Virus record (IMG/VR): IMGVR_UViG_3300045141_000205
Span: 1 to 61,639 of that record
Length of the DNA: 61,639 nucleotides
Source: a virus
Taxonomy: Duplodnaviria; Caudoviricetes
Strand: one strand, 5' to 3'
Positions 44,617 through 54,100 of the stretch are shown in pieces (position 1 is the stretch's first letter; every line of letters starts with the position of its first letter). Position numbers and translations under genes: made by a program. Under the pieces are notes generated by a model, which was not told where the DNA came from, made no database searches, and saw only the letters and a program-made list of their open reading frames with translations.

Positions 44617-44629
44617 GCCGTGAAAGGTT

Positions 44630-44664
44630 GAGGCCCCGGCTCCAGGGAACTGAGCCGGGGCCTC
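44630..44664. terminator. Second hairpin between convergent genes
   Basis: Stem GAGGCCCCGGCTC/GAGCCGGGGCCTC. Confidence 0.7.
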
Positions 44665-44717
44665 GTTGCGATGACACTTGCCAGAGAGCACCGCAAGTCT
44701 GTGTGTTCAGGTTCTAG

Positions 44718-44981
44718 TCAGGCAGAGGCTTCCCGCCAGTGGCGCCGGGGACCTTGCTTGGTCCGGTAGCCGTCCGGAGCCTCGTGGACCACTCGGTCCC
44801 CTGGCTCCATCTTCTTCCTCACCTCGTGTGCTGCGTCCTCGACGGTGGGGAAGGTGTCCACCGTCCTCCGGTCCTTGACCAGCGTCACCCGCCCGTCGTC
44901 TGCCTCATGGATGATCCACCTCGCCACCAGAGACCCCCCTCGCTCGACCCGGTAGGGGACCAGCCTAAGGGCTGCGATCAC
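44718..44981 (-). CDS. Small hypothetical protein
   Basis: GTG at 44981 (GTGA overlap) or at 44927; ...WIIHEADDGRVTLVKD... Confidence 0.55.
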   Translation of the reverse strand: MIAALRLVPYRVERGGSLVARWIIHEADDGRVTLVKDRRTVDTFPTVEDAAHEVRKKMEPGDRVVHEAPDGYRTKQGPRRHWREASA

Positions 44982-45658
44982 AGGCCCTTCTTGACGCACT
45001 CGGGGCCGAGTCCCTGGTGGACGCTGGCCGGGACCGTCAGGTCGCGGTGGCAGCGGTAGCACTGGACCACCGGGAGCGCGGCCTGCGGGTCGGCCATGAA
45101 CGTGGTGGCGTCGGCCACCAGGAGCGCGTTGTCCTGGTGCCGCTTCCAGACGTAGAGCCGACCACCCTTGACGTGCCCGAACCCCGAGTAGTCGCGGTCG
45201 TTGGCCGGGCCGGTGAGGTGCTCGATGATCTGCACACCGGGCATGAAGTCGTCGTCGAGGCCCTGGGTGCGCAGGCGGAAGGTGCGGTGCCCGTCGGCCT
45301 TCTCCAGGGTGTACACGCCGTCGTAGAGGGTCTCGCCGTTGACGACGTTGACCTGGTGCTCGGGCTGGGCCGGTGCCGCCGTGGGGAGCGAGACGTCGAC
45401 CTCGGGGCACGGCGGGATGTGGGAGACCTCCCACTTGCTGCCGACCTTCTCCAGGCGACCCTGCTCGGCCTCGACCCAGCCGGTGCAGTTGACGCACTTG
45501 GCGCCGTACTTGTTCGTGCGGATGGTGGGCTGGTTCGAGGCGGGCCGGTCGCCGGGGGCCTCGACCGGGAGGTCGGCGTGGCGGCGGAAGTTGGGGATCA
45601 CGGGCTTGCTGCTGGTCGGCTGGGCCGATCCGATGGTGCCGCGACGGAAGTCGTTCAT
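44978..45658 (-). CDS. DUF6011-like Zn-finger protein
   Basis: NKYGAKCVNC...; C-terminal CYRCHRDLTVPASVHQGLGPEC; AGGAG RBS. Confidence 0.75.
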   Translation of the reverse strand: MNDFRRGTIGSAQPTSSKPVIPNFRRHADLPVEAPGDRPASNQPTIRTNKYGAKCVNCTGWVEAEQGRLEKVGSKWEVSHIPPCPEVDVSLPTAAPAQPEHQVNVVNGETLYDGVYTLEKADGHRTFRLRTQGLDDDFMPGVQIIEHLTGPANDRDYSGFGHVKGGRLYVWKRHQDNALLVADATTFMADPQAALPVVQCYRCHRDLTVPASVHQGLGPECVKKGL

Positions 45659-45700
45659 GGTGGCTCTCCTTGATGACGATGATGCTCTCTGGTGTGCACC

Positions 45701-45760
45701 AATCTACACCAAGAAAGCCAGGGGGAGAACCCCTTCCTGAAAAAACCTTTCGAGATGAAA
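45701..45760 (-). promoter_or_regulatory. Housekeeping-sigma-type (early) promoter with AT-rich upstream tract
   Basis: TTCTCC-N17-TAGATT preceded by a T6 tract; locally AT-rich. Confidence 0.55.
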
Positions 45761-45766
45761 GAATCT

Positions 45767-46222
45767 CTAGGGGTCTGGGGTGACGCCCTTGCTCACGAAG
45801 GACCTCAGCACCATCGACAGGTCCTTGGTGGTCAGGGTGTCCCCGGCAGCCAGGCTGTCCAGAGCATCTTGCAGCGCTGAGTCATCGGTGGGCGGGGTGA
45901 CCACGACCTCCGTGGGTGGCGTGGTCGCTGGCATGCTCGGGTCCCTCGGCTCGGTGTCGTCCACGATCGCCTGGATCGCCTCGACCTCCGCCTCGGTGAA
46001 CTCGTCGGCGACATGGACGAACAACTCCATCGGGTTGTCCACGCTGGCCGGTGCGCTCGGGTCCGGCAGGACCCCATCCAGCAGCACGTCGCGCCCCAGG
46101 GCCTCCTCGATGTCTGTCTGCAACTGCCAGAACAGCAGCGGCTTGGTGAGGGTGAACGACTCGGTGGCGCCGTCGGTCAGGTCGGAGAAGGGCTCCGGGG
46201 GCTCAGGGTTCTGCTGGGTCAT
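45767..46222 (-). CDS. Acidic hypothetical protein
   Basis: AAGGA RBS and ATG at 46222 (ATGA overlap). Confidence 0.65.
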   Translation of the reverse strand: MTQQNPEPPEPFSDLTDGATESFTLTKPLLFWQLQTDIEEALGRDVLLDGVLPDPSAPASVDNPMELFVHVADEFTEAEVEAIQAIVDDTEPRDPSMPATTPPTEVVVTPPTDDSALQDALDSLAAGDTLTTKDLSMVLRSFVSKGVTPDP

Positions 46223-49200
46223 GCCATCCATCCTTCTTGGTCATCGTCGTCATCGCCTTGAAGCGCCTCAAGCGCCTCGTAGTGCGTCCCGGTGATCTCC
46301 AGCCGGTCCAGGTTGGCGGCCCGGACATCCTTGCCCTCGTTGATCAGTTCGGCCTGCTGAGCCGGGGTGAAGGTGGCCATCGCCGCCTTCTGGAGGAACT
46401 GCTGGGCCGCAGCAGCGATGTCGGCACTGTCGCCCTTGCCCGGCCCGTTGTCCAGGGCAGCCGCCCCAGCCGTGCGCTGGAACTCGGCCACGATGTCGGC
46501 CACCGACCCCGTGGACACGAACGACGGGTCCTCCGGCTCCAGGTCGTGCGGGTCGGTCTTCCAGTTGGAGTTGGGGGCCGCCGAGCCACCGGACTGGCCG
46601 GGGTCGGAGGGGACGGCGTACTCGACCCCAGTGGAGATCGCGGCCTCCTTGACGTCCGGCTCCGGGTCACCGGCGTACCCCGAGTAGGTGGTGTCGTCCT
46701 CGTCGTCGGCGCCGTAGGTCTCCGGCAGCGCGGGCTCCGGCTGGTCCTGGAGCACCGCCCCCGTCATCATCCCCGACTGCTGAGCCCGCACCGCGTCGCC
46801 CTCGGCCTTGTCCCGGTCGGTCCAGGCCTTCAACTTCTGGGCGAAGTTCTCGGCGGCGGTCGGCTCCTTCCCGACCACCTCGCCGGTGTTCTTGTTCACG
46901 ATGTCCCGGCGAGGGTCGGGATGACCGACCAAGGAGGGCGCCAGCGTCGGAGCGACCTGCTGGACCACCTGGGGGACGACCTGCTTGACCACGTTGGGGG
47001 TGACCCGCTTGACCACGTTGGGGACGACCTTGTGCAGCAGACCTGCGCCCGCGACGCCGACCTCGGCAGCGGCAGCGACCTCGGGGGCCGCCACCTCAGC
47101 GGCAGTCTCGGCGACAGCGGGGAGCGCCTTCTCGTCCAGCGCGGCCTCATGCTCCATCACCGGCTCGAACAGGGAGTCGTCGAGGGCACCCTCGTGCCTC
47201 AACTCCGGGCGCATCTCGAACAGGTCGGCCATGTCCTGGGGTGGCCCCTGGTACTCCCCGGGATGCTCGTCACGGATGTGCTCGGCCCGGTCCGGCATCG
47301 TGAAGAAGCCCTCGTGGTCGCAGTGCGGGCAGCCCAGGCCGGGGATCTCCCGGGCCGCCATCCGGTCGCCCAGGTCCTGGGGGTTCTGCTGGCCCCAGGA
47401 GTCGGGGTCGGCGGCGGTCAGGAAGCCAGCCTGGGCCGGGTTCTCCTGGCGCCGCTTCTCGGTCGGGCCAGCCGGGGAGATGCCGGGCACCGGGGCCGGG
47501 CCGGGCTCGCCGAACGGGGAGTTGACCGCACCCACCACGCTGAGCAGCCGGGCCACGTTCTCCGGGGTCTCACCGGCCTCCACCGCCAGCAGGGCGAAGG
47601 TCTGGAGGAAGGACCCCCGGTGCGGCATCCGGTCGCCGGTGTGCGACTCCTCGGCGGCCACCACGTCCTCCACGTCGTCCTGGGGCTCGACCAGGGCCGC
47701 GACCCGGTCCACACCGGTCGGCACGTCCAGCCGGGTGCCGTGGCCGAAGCCCCGCTCCATCGAGGTGGTCGGCGACTCGCCGGTGTTCAGCCAGCGCGGC
47801 ACCCCCTGGTGGGGCTTGACCTCGCGCCCGAACATCCCCTGGGACTGGGCCTCGAAGGTCAGCGCCAGCGCGTGGGAGCACATCCGACCGGCGAACCTGG
47901 AGAAGTCGTCGGGGGCGCCCCAGTGGTACTGCGCCCACTTGCAGCCGCAGTCCCACTGGGCGACCTTCTGGCTGCCCGGCGCCCGCATCAGCACCGACTC
48001 GTAGGTGCCGTGGTCGCCCTTGACGGTGGCGATGTAGTAGCCGTTCTGGGCGGTGGTGATGTGCACCCCGCCCTCGCTCCTGATCCGCTTGGCCTTGTTT
48101 CGCACGTCGTGCCAGGTGGCGGTGAGGTGGAAGGCCAGGGACGGGTCCAGGCTGGCCGCCTTGAGCATCGCCCAGCCGTACTCCAGGGCCGAGTACCTGG
48201 TCGGCCCGGTCGGGTTGGACTTGAGGAAGGCATGCTCAGCCGGGGTCCCGATGTTGTCGAGTTCCCGCAGCGGGCTGTGCGGCAGCGGCGACCGGCAGTA
48301 GCGGCACAGGCCTGCGGTGTCGGGGTCCCTGACCTCGTAGCGGGAGTCGCGCTCGGCGGGCTCGTCGTAGGGACCGGTCGTCTGGTTGAGCAGGGTGCCG
48401 TGCTCACCGTGCTCGGGCTCACCGACCTGGAAGGTGTGATGGCCGCCGACCCCGTGCACGATGTCGGCAGCGTGCCCGGACTGGCAGTGCTCACCGCAGT
48501 ACTTGTCCGGGTCGAGGGTGTCGAACACCTCGTCCTCGGTCTTGGGCTTGTTGGGGCAGGGTCCGTCGTTGCCCGCGTGGTAGCCGGTCTCGGCGCCCTT
48601 CCACTGCCCGCAGTTCTGGCAGTGCACCTGCCGCTCGGGCTCCTCGAACTGGTCCTCCCAGTCCTGGTTGTCGTCCTCGTCGTGCCAGTCCTCGACGTCC
48701 TCGTCGAGACCGGCGTTCTTGGCGCTCAGACGATGGGCCAGGTCGTCCATCCTCAGGCCCCGGTTGTGCATCTCGGCCAGCACTGCGGCCTGGCTGCCGG
48801 AGTCCTCGGTGTCCCGGAGCCGCTGCACCTCATCACCGAGTTCGTCGGTGCTCAGGTGCTCATAGCCGGTGCCCACCTGGTCCCGGGCGGCGTTCTTGAC
48901 GTTCTCCACGTCCTGGGGCTTGTGGTCACCCGGGTTGGTCACGATCGCGTTGGAGTCCTCCGGGGTGTTCCGGCAGGAGGCGCACTGGCCACCCCAGGTC
49001 AGGTGCCCGTTCTCGCAGAGCCCCGGGGCACCGCCAACCTCGGCCTCAACTGGATGGAGGGAGGCGGTGAGTCCCAGGGAGCCCTGCCGGTCGAACGGGT
49101 CGAGGCTGGTCTTCTTCCAGATGGGGTGGAAGCCCCCCTGGCCGGGCGGGCGCCGAGCAAGGTGGTTGATGGAGTCGACATCAGCCTCGTCCTGGTCGTG

Positions 49201-50004
49201 GGCGCTCTCCATGTGGTGGCCGGTGTCGATGCAGTCCAGGCACAGGCTCTCGGGCTTGGACTCATACCCACCCGACCGGTAGCGGTAGATGTCGGTCCGA
49301 GGGTTCTCGCAGGCGTCGCACTTGCCGACCGTCTCCTGGCAGGAGAACATCCCGTGGGCCGCGCACTGGATGCAGGGGCGTCCGGAGTCCATCGGGCCGA
49401 CCACGGCCTCGTGGCGGGGGCGGTAGTGCAGCACCGCGAAGGGGTCACCCTGGCTGTAATCGGGACTGAAAGCGTCCTCACCCGAGTGGTACGAATCACC
49501 CCACGGGTGGTCGTGAGGACCAGGGCAGTGGGGGTCGGACTCGGGGAAGTCGGTCTGACCGTTCGCGGCGTACCCGATGCCTGCCGGGGACCGAGCCCCA
49601 CACCCCTTGCAGATGTAGGCCATGCCACCCTCGGCGGCCTCGACCTGGAGGCTGGCGACCATGCCCATGGTGGAGTCCGGGTACTTCCCCGGGTCCGGGC
49701 GGTCACGGAGGATGTCAGCCAGTTCGGGGTAGTCCTTGGAGGCGGTGTTCTCGGTGGCGGTGTGGTCAGTCGCGGCCTTCAACTGTCCCGAGGTGTACAG
49801 GCCACCACCGAGCCCGTTGTGGAGCAGGACCTCGTACTCCTCGCTGCCCGCGAACGCACCGTCGTTGACACCGATCACCTTGCCCAGGAAGCCGTCGACC
49901 GTCATCACGGTCTGGCCCGGCTTGAAGTCCCAGTACTCCTCGGGGTTGACCCCAGCCGTCCGCACCGTCTCGTGACGGCGGGAGGTCCTGTTGCCCAGAC
50001 CCAT
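46219..50004 (-). CDS. Modular head protein (1261 aa) with SWIM-type Zn finger
   Basis: WDCGCKW...RMCSHALAL; N-terminal SH3-like segment; many CxxC modules; directly after the portal gene. Confidence 0.7.
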   Translation of the reverse strand: MGLGNRTSRRHETVRTAGVNPEEYWDFKPGQTVMTVDGFLGKVIGVNDGAFAGSEEYEVLLHNGLGGGLYTSGQLKAATDHTATENTASKDYPELADILRDRPDPGKYPDSTMGMVASLQVEAAEGGMAYICKGCGARSPAGIGYAANGQTDFPESDPHCPGPHDHPWGDSYHSGEDAFSPDYSQGDPFAVLHYRPRHEAVVGPMDSGRPCIQCAAHGMFSCQETVGKCDACENPRTDIYRYRSGGYESKPESLCLDCIDTGHHMESAHDQDEADVDSINHLARRPPGQGGFHPIWKKTSLDPFDRQGSLGLTASLHPVEAEVGGAPGLCENGHLTWGGQCASCRNTPEDSNAIVTNPGDHKPQDVENVKNAARDQVGTGYEHLSTDELGDEVQRLRDTEDSGSQAAVLAEMHNRGLRMDDLAHRLSAKNAGLDEDVEDWHDEDDNQDWEDQFEEPERQVHCQNCGQWKGAETGYHAGNDGPCPNKPKTEDEVFDTLDPDKYCGEHCQSGHAADIVHGVGGHHTFQVGEPEHGEHGTLLNQTTGPYDEPAERDSRYEVRDPDTAGLCRYCRSPLPHSPLRELDNIGTPAEHAFLKSNPTGPTRYSALEYGWAMLKAASLDPSLAFHLTATWHDVRNKAKRIRSEGGVHITTAQNGYYIATVKGDHGTYESVLMRAPGSQKVAQWDCGCKWAQYHWGAPDDFSRFAGRMCSHALALTFEAQSQGMFGREVKPHQGVPRWLNTGESPTTSMERGFGHGTRLDVPTGVDRVAALVEPQDDVEDVVAAEESHTGDRMPHRGSFLQTFALLAVEAGETPENVARLLSVVGAVNSPFGEPGPAPVPGISPAGPTEKRRQENPAQAGFLTAADPDSWGQQNPQDLGDRMAAREIPGLGCPHCDHEGFFTMPDRAEHIRDEHPGEYQGPPQDMADLFEMRPELRHEGALDDSLFEPVMEHEAALDEKALPAVAETAAEVAAPEVAAAAEVGVAGAGLLHKVVPNVVKRVTPNVVKQVVPQVVQQVAPTLAPSLVGHPDPRRDIVNKNTGEVVGKEPTAAENFAQKLKAWTDRDKAEGDAVRAQQSGMMTGAVLQDQPEPALPETYGADDEDDTTYSGYAGDPEPDVKEAAISTGVEYAVPSDPGQSGGSAAPNSNWKTDPHDLEPEDPSFVSTGSVADIVAEFQRTAGAAALDNGPGKGDSADIAAAAQQFLQKAAMATFTPAQQAELINEGKDVRAANLDRLEITGTHYEALEALQGDDDDDQEGWMA

Positions 50005-50026
50005 GGTGATCCTCCTAGCGGGCTTC

Positions 50027-50062
50027 CACCCCTTCGCGGCGCTCAGGTGCCCGGCGACAGCA
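50027..50062 (-). promoter_or_regulatory. 36-bp motif, copy 10 (overlaps portal stop)
   Basis: TGCTGTC-N9-CTGA-N7-GAAGGGGTG; the portal TGA lies within the CTGA. Confidence 0.75.
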
Positions 50063-52232
50063 CCTGGTCCTGCTGCTGGTCCGGCTGCTCCTCTTCCAGG
50101 GTGTCCAGGAGCACCGGCTCACCTCCCTGCCGGAAGGCGTGCCTGCGCATCCCGACGTGCCTGGGGCTGTCGAAGCCGGGCACGGTGGGACCGTCGTAGG
50201 TCCCGACATTCTCGTCCTGGGCGGTCCGGGTCATCGGCTCCGGGGCCGGGTTGTGCTCGTCGGTGATCTCCCGCATCCGGGTGGCCCGGCGCCACAGGCT
50301 GACCGCATCCAGGGCGGCGGCCTTGGGCATGTCCTTGCGCATCTCGTCGGACTCCTCGGGCCGGTCGGACTGGACCTGGGTCTCGGCGCCCTGGCCGTTG
50401 GGGTCGAACGGCTGCACCGGGATGGTGGGCACCCCGGGAGTCACCACACCGCCAGCCGTGGGGGCCGCGAAGTCGCCCTGGGTGGGCGCCAGGGTCGGGG
50501 TGGTGATGATCGGGTCGGCACCCATCAGCGGCACCCGGAGCCCCTGGGACTCCTGGGTCGGAATGTTGGCGGCCTTGGCCTCGAAGTCGGCCCGCAGATC
50601 ATCGGGGATCGGCAGACCCTTCTCCTTGAGCGCCTGGAAGATCTCCTTGCGGGTCTCCTGCTCCTTGACCGCCAGTTCCACCTGCTCGCCCTGGGACTGC
50701 TCCACCTCGTCCGCGAACTCCAGCGGCAGGTTGACCAGCCGGGTCTTCATCGAGACCGGGATACCCGCTGCCCGCAGCGACTCCAGGAACTGCCGCTCGG
50801 ACTCCTCGTCCTTGATGTTCATCGTCTTCATCTTGAGGTCCGGGATCAGCAGTTTCGGCTGCTCGACGACACGCTCCTCACCGGTCTCCTCGTCGATCTC
50901 CAGGATCTCCTCCATCTTCACGTAGCGCTTGCCGTTGCGCTCGTCGTAGTCGTAGTGCTCCTGGGCCTCGGCCACCACCAGGGCACGCTGCCGGTAGTGC
51001 CGCTTGACCAGGTTCTGGTAGGTGGTCAGCAACTGGCTGATCAGGTCGCGGTTCAGGGCGTCGGCGGCGTACGTCTGGCCCGAGGAGGCGCCGGTCAGCA
51101 TGGTCTTGGAGAGCCCGAAGGTCTGGAGGATGCGGTCCTCGATCCGCTCGAAGTCCGGGGTCATGTCGGGCATGTTCTCCCGCCCGAACACGGACTCCAT
51201 CTGGACACCGAAGTGGTGCACCATCACCCGGAAGTCGGCGCTCAGCGCCTCGTCCAGCGCCTCCTCGAAGTCGGCAAGATCGTCCTGGGTCGGAATCCAC
51301 GGGACGGTGGTGCCCAGGTCGGTCGCCGACGCTCCCAGTCGCGCCAGGATGAGCGGGGTGTAGAGCCGGTCTGCCACTGCGTCCATCGCCGCATTCAGCA
51401 TCTCCTCCTGCATCACCGGACGCAGCGAGCGCATCAGCAGGGGGACGCCTCGCTTGTTGAAGGTGTCGGCCTTGAACCGGTAGTGCCGCAGCAGGATGTT
51501 GGACACCGGCATCAGGGCGTCCTCGGTCGTGTAGTGGCTCAGTTCCGGGTAGGCCTGCATCAACTTCTCGTACTCCCAGGCCGGGGAGCGCTTGGTGATG
51601 ATCTCCCGCAGGGTCTCCGGCAACTTGATGAAGTACCGGGGCTCCTTGAGGAACGGGGACCTGACCACCTCCAGGTCGTCGGGGTTGAGCAGTTCGTCGT
51701 CGTCCCAGACGCCCAGGGACTCGTTGAACGACCCGAACGGCACCGCCTCGCCCACGGTCCAGTACTCGCGCCCGAAGTCGATCAGGAAGTCGCCGTACCC
51801 CAGGCCGTCGTCGTCGTCGAGGAAGTGGTCGGTGTAGAACTCCGTCAACTTTTCATCTTTGCAGGACATCTCCATGCCCAGCAGCGGGTACTTGGTGTAG
51901 ATGTCCACACATGACCCGATCAGCGGGTGCGACTGGTACAGCAGACGGCAGTAGGCCCGGACCTTCTTGAGTTCGTCGTGCTCGTACAGGTCGTAGGGGA
52001 GGTTGTTCTGCTTCCAGTAAAACAGCGGGTCCCGGGGCCGCCCGGTGGCGAAGGTGAGGTTGCCACCCCGACTGCCACCACCGGCAGCGTTGGTGTTGGC
52101 GGTCTTGCGGTTCACGGCGCGGTTGCGCCGCATCTCCTCGACCTCCGGGTTGTCCTCGGCCTTGGCCCTCTTCCGGAACGACCCGAGGCGCTTGATGACG
52201 GCCTCCTCGTAGCCGTCAGGCTGGTCAGCCAT
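50043..52232 (-). CDS. Portal protein
   Basis: 729 aa; CRLLYQSHPLIGSCVDIYTKYPL...REYWTVGE...LLNP...RGVPLL...ILQTFGLSKTMLTG, consistent with portal architecture. Confidence 0.8.
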   Translation of the reverse strand: MADQPDGYEEAVIKRLGSFRKRAKAEDNPEVEEMRRNRAVNRKTANTNAAGGGSRGGNLTFATGRPRDPLFYWKQNNLPYDLYEHDELKKVRAYCRLLYQSHPLIGSCVDIYTKYPLLGMEMSCKDEKLTEFYTDHFLDDDDGLGYGDFLIDFGREYWTVGEAVPFGSFNESLGVWDDDELLNPDDLEVVRSPFLKEPRYFIKLPETLREIITKRSPAWEYEKLMQAYPELSHYTTEDALMPVSNILLRHYRFKADTFNKRGVPLLMRSLRPVMQEEMLNAAMDAVADRLYTPLILARLGASATDLGTTVPWIPTQDDLADFEEALDEALSADFRVMVHHFGVQMESVFGRENMPDMTPDFERIEDRILQTFGLSKTMLTGASSGQTYAADALNRDLISQLLTTYQNLVKRHYRQRALVVAEAQEHYDYDERNGKRYVKMEEILEIDEETGEERVVEQPKLLIPDLKMKTMNIKDEESERQFLESLRAAGIPVSMKTRLVNLPLEFADEVEQSQGEQVELAVKEQETRKEIFQALKEKGLPIPDDLRADFEAKAANIPTQESQGLRVPLMGADPIITTPTLAPTQGDFAAPTAGGVVTPGVPTIPVQPFDPNGQGAETQVQSDRPEESDEMRKDMPKAAALDAVSLWRRATRMREITDEHNPAPEPMTRTAQDENVGTYDGPTVPGFDSPRHVGMRRHAFRQGGEPVLLDTLEEEQPDQQQDQVLSPGT

Positions 52233-52557
52233 GCTGGACCTCCTTCCGGTAGGTCCAGACCTTCATCCCCAGGTCCCGGATGCGGTTCCCGAACTCCCGG
52301 CGCACCTCCCACTCCAGGTCGCCCTCGGTGGCCACCATCAGTCGCACGAAGATGCGCAGGTTGGCCGCGCACACCCCGCACAGCCAGACCACGTCGCTCA
52401 GCGCCTCGGTGTTGTCCACCAGGTCCCGCAGGTCGACCTTGGTGCACACGAGCGGGGTCGGGGAGTGGAACTTGGAGCCCTCACAGGGCACGCCGAGGAC
52501 ACCACCTGCTCGGTCGGTGACACCGTGCTCCTCGATGGCCTCCAGGATCAGGCTCAT
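52225..52557 (-). CDS. Small Cys-containing protein
   Basis: 110 aa; C...H...WLCGVC. Confidence 0.6.
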   Translation of the reverse strand: MSLILEAIEEHGVTDRAGGVLGVPCEGSKFHSPTPLVCTKVDLRDLVDNTEALSDVVWLCGVCAANLRIFVRLMVATEGDLEWEVRREFGNRIRDLGMKVWTYRKEVQHG

Positions 52558-52922
52558 GTCGACTCGGGCTCATCATTCTTCTTGGCAGTGGTCTTCTTGG
52601 CGGCGGTCTTCTTGGTGGTGGCCTTCTCGGGCTCGGCCTTCTCGTCCGTGTCCTTCTCGGCCTTCTCGTCTGTGGCCTTGGCAGCGGTCTTCTTGGGCTC
52701 GGCCTTCTTCTCGGCCTCGGCCTTCTTGGCCTCATCCTCCTCGAAGTGCTTCTTGGCCTCATCCACGTCCAGGGTCAGGAAGGCCCGGTACACCATGGAG
52801 TTGACCTCACGGCGTTGCCGGTCGCTGTCGTAGGCCACCGTGATCACGTCGCCCCGGTGCCGCTGCTCGCCCCCGGCGTCGATGAAGTCCGCCAGCACGG
52901 CTACCTCTCTGGTCGTGCTCAT
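52554..52922 (-). CDS. Small protein with Lys/Ala/Glu-rich tail
   Basis: KKTAAK-type repeats; overlapping start and stop codons. Confidence 0.65.
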   Translation of the reverse strand: MSTTREVAVLADFIDAGGEQRHRGDVITVAYDSDRQRREVNSMVYRAFLTLDVDEAKKHFEEDEAKKAEAEKKAEPKKTAAKATDEKAEKDTDEKAEPEKATTKKTAAKKTTAKKNDEPEST

Positions 52923-53581
52923 GACCTGCTCGCCTTCACTCGGGTGAGCACCCTCGGGCGCTCACGGGGAGATGCCGCCATCAGCGCGATGTGACGCACG
53001 TACTCGTCCTCGCTCAGGAAGTCCCCGCGCACCGTCCGGTAGGAGTTCTTGGCCCACGGCGGCGCGTTGTCGTCCTCGTCCTCCTGCTCCTCGGCAGAGT
53101 CGTCGTCGCCGTTCTCCGGCTCCTCGTCCCCGCCACCGAACTGTGGCGGTACGTCTCCGTTCTCGTCCACCTGGCCTGGGTCCACCGGGGCACCGGCTGC
53201 GGCGTTCGGGTCCATGCCCGCCCCCGAGGGGTCGACGCCGACCTGGCCTGGCATCCCGGGCACCTGCACCGGCTGGCCGTCGATGGTCTGCGGGAACGAG
53301 GGGAACTGGGGCTGCACCTGGACGGTGAAGTTGACGTGGCAGAACTCGCACTCGATGGTCCGGTCGGACCGGGCGATCACCTGCCCGGACCCGCAGAAGG
53401 GGCAGTGGTAGACAGTCTCGCCGTCACCGGAGTCGTGAGCCTGCTTCCTCATGGCTGTCGTATCCACGGTCTCTCCTCGCTCACGCACACAGGAGGCGCA
53501 GAGCAGGTCGCCGCCGACTCGCTGCCTGGGGGTGCCGGGATCGACCTTGTACCCGCATCTCTCGCACAGCCTCAACGCCAT
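52919..53581 (-). CDS. Zn-ribbon head-region protein
   Basis: GGAGG RBS and ATG at 53581; CERC..CASC and CPFC..CEFC. Confidence 0.7.
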   Translation of the reverse strand: MALRLCERCGYKVDPGTPRQRVGGDLLCASCVRERGETVDTTAMRKQAHDSGDGETVYHCPFCGSGQVIARSDRTIECEFCHVNFTVQVQPQFPSFPQTIDGQPVQVPGMPGQVGVDPSGAGMDPNAAAGAPVDPGQVDENGDVPPQFGGGDEEPENGDDDSAEEQEDEDDNAPPWAKNSYRTVRGDFLSEDEYVRHIALMAASPRERPRVLTRVKASRS

Positions 53582-53590
53582 CGCTTCCTC

Positions 53591-53626
53591 CACCCCTTCG
53601 GCGGGGTCCGGCGCCCTGGGACAGCA
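53591..53626 (-). promoter_or_regulatory. 36-bp motif, copy 11
   Basis: TGCTGTC-N9-CGGA-N7-GAAGGGGTG. Confidence 0.75.
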
Positions 53627-53632
53627 CGCTCA

Positions 53633-54100
53633 TCACTCCTCCACGCTCCCGAACGCATCGCGCACCAGGCACACCGAGGCGAGCCGGACCACCGCCTCTG
53701 CCTCGTCGTAGTCGAGTTGACCGGTCACCGCCCGGAAGGACGGGTCCATCCTGATCTGGGACGACACCAGGGCCAGGGCCTCCTCCGCGATCCGGGGGAA
53801 CGCGGTCAGGTGCCCCAGGCTCGACATCGCGTTCAGCACCCCGGCCTCACCCTGGCTGTCGTAGACCTGACGGGCCGCGAAGGTCTGGAGGCCACCGACC
53901 TCCAGGGAGTCCTCGACCAGCGAGGAGGAGGTGGACAGGTCCAGCAGGTCCACCAGGTCGGTGTCCCCGGCCCGGCTCCCGGTGGTCCACAGCACATGGG
54001 CCGAGGCCCTCCCCGAGAAGGCCAGCAACTGGGCACAGTCGCCGGAGACCAGACCCTGCTGCTCGGGTCCTGTCCAGGCGACCTCCTGTCCCTCGTACAC
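53633..54100 (-). CDS. Hypothetical protein
   Basis: 155 aa; abuts the upstream stop. Confidence 0.6.
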   Translation of the reverse strand: MYEGQEVAWTGPEQQGLVSGDCAQLLAFSGRASAHVLWTTGSRAGDTDLVDLLDLSTSSSLVEDSLEVGGLQTFAARQVYDSQGEAGVLNAMSSLGHLTAFPRIAEEALALVSSQIRMDPSFRAVTGQLDYDEAEAVVRLASVCLVRDAFGSVEE

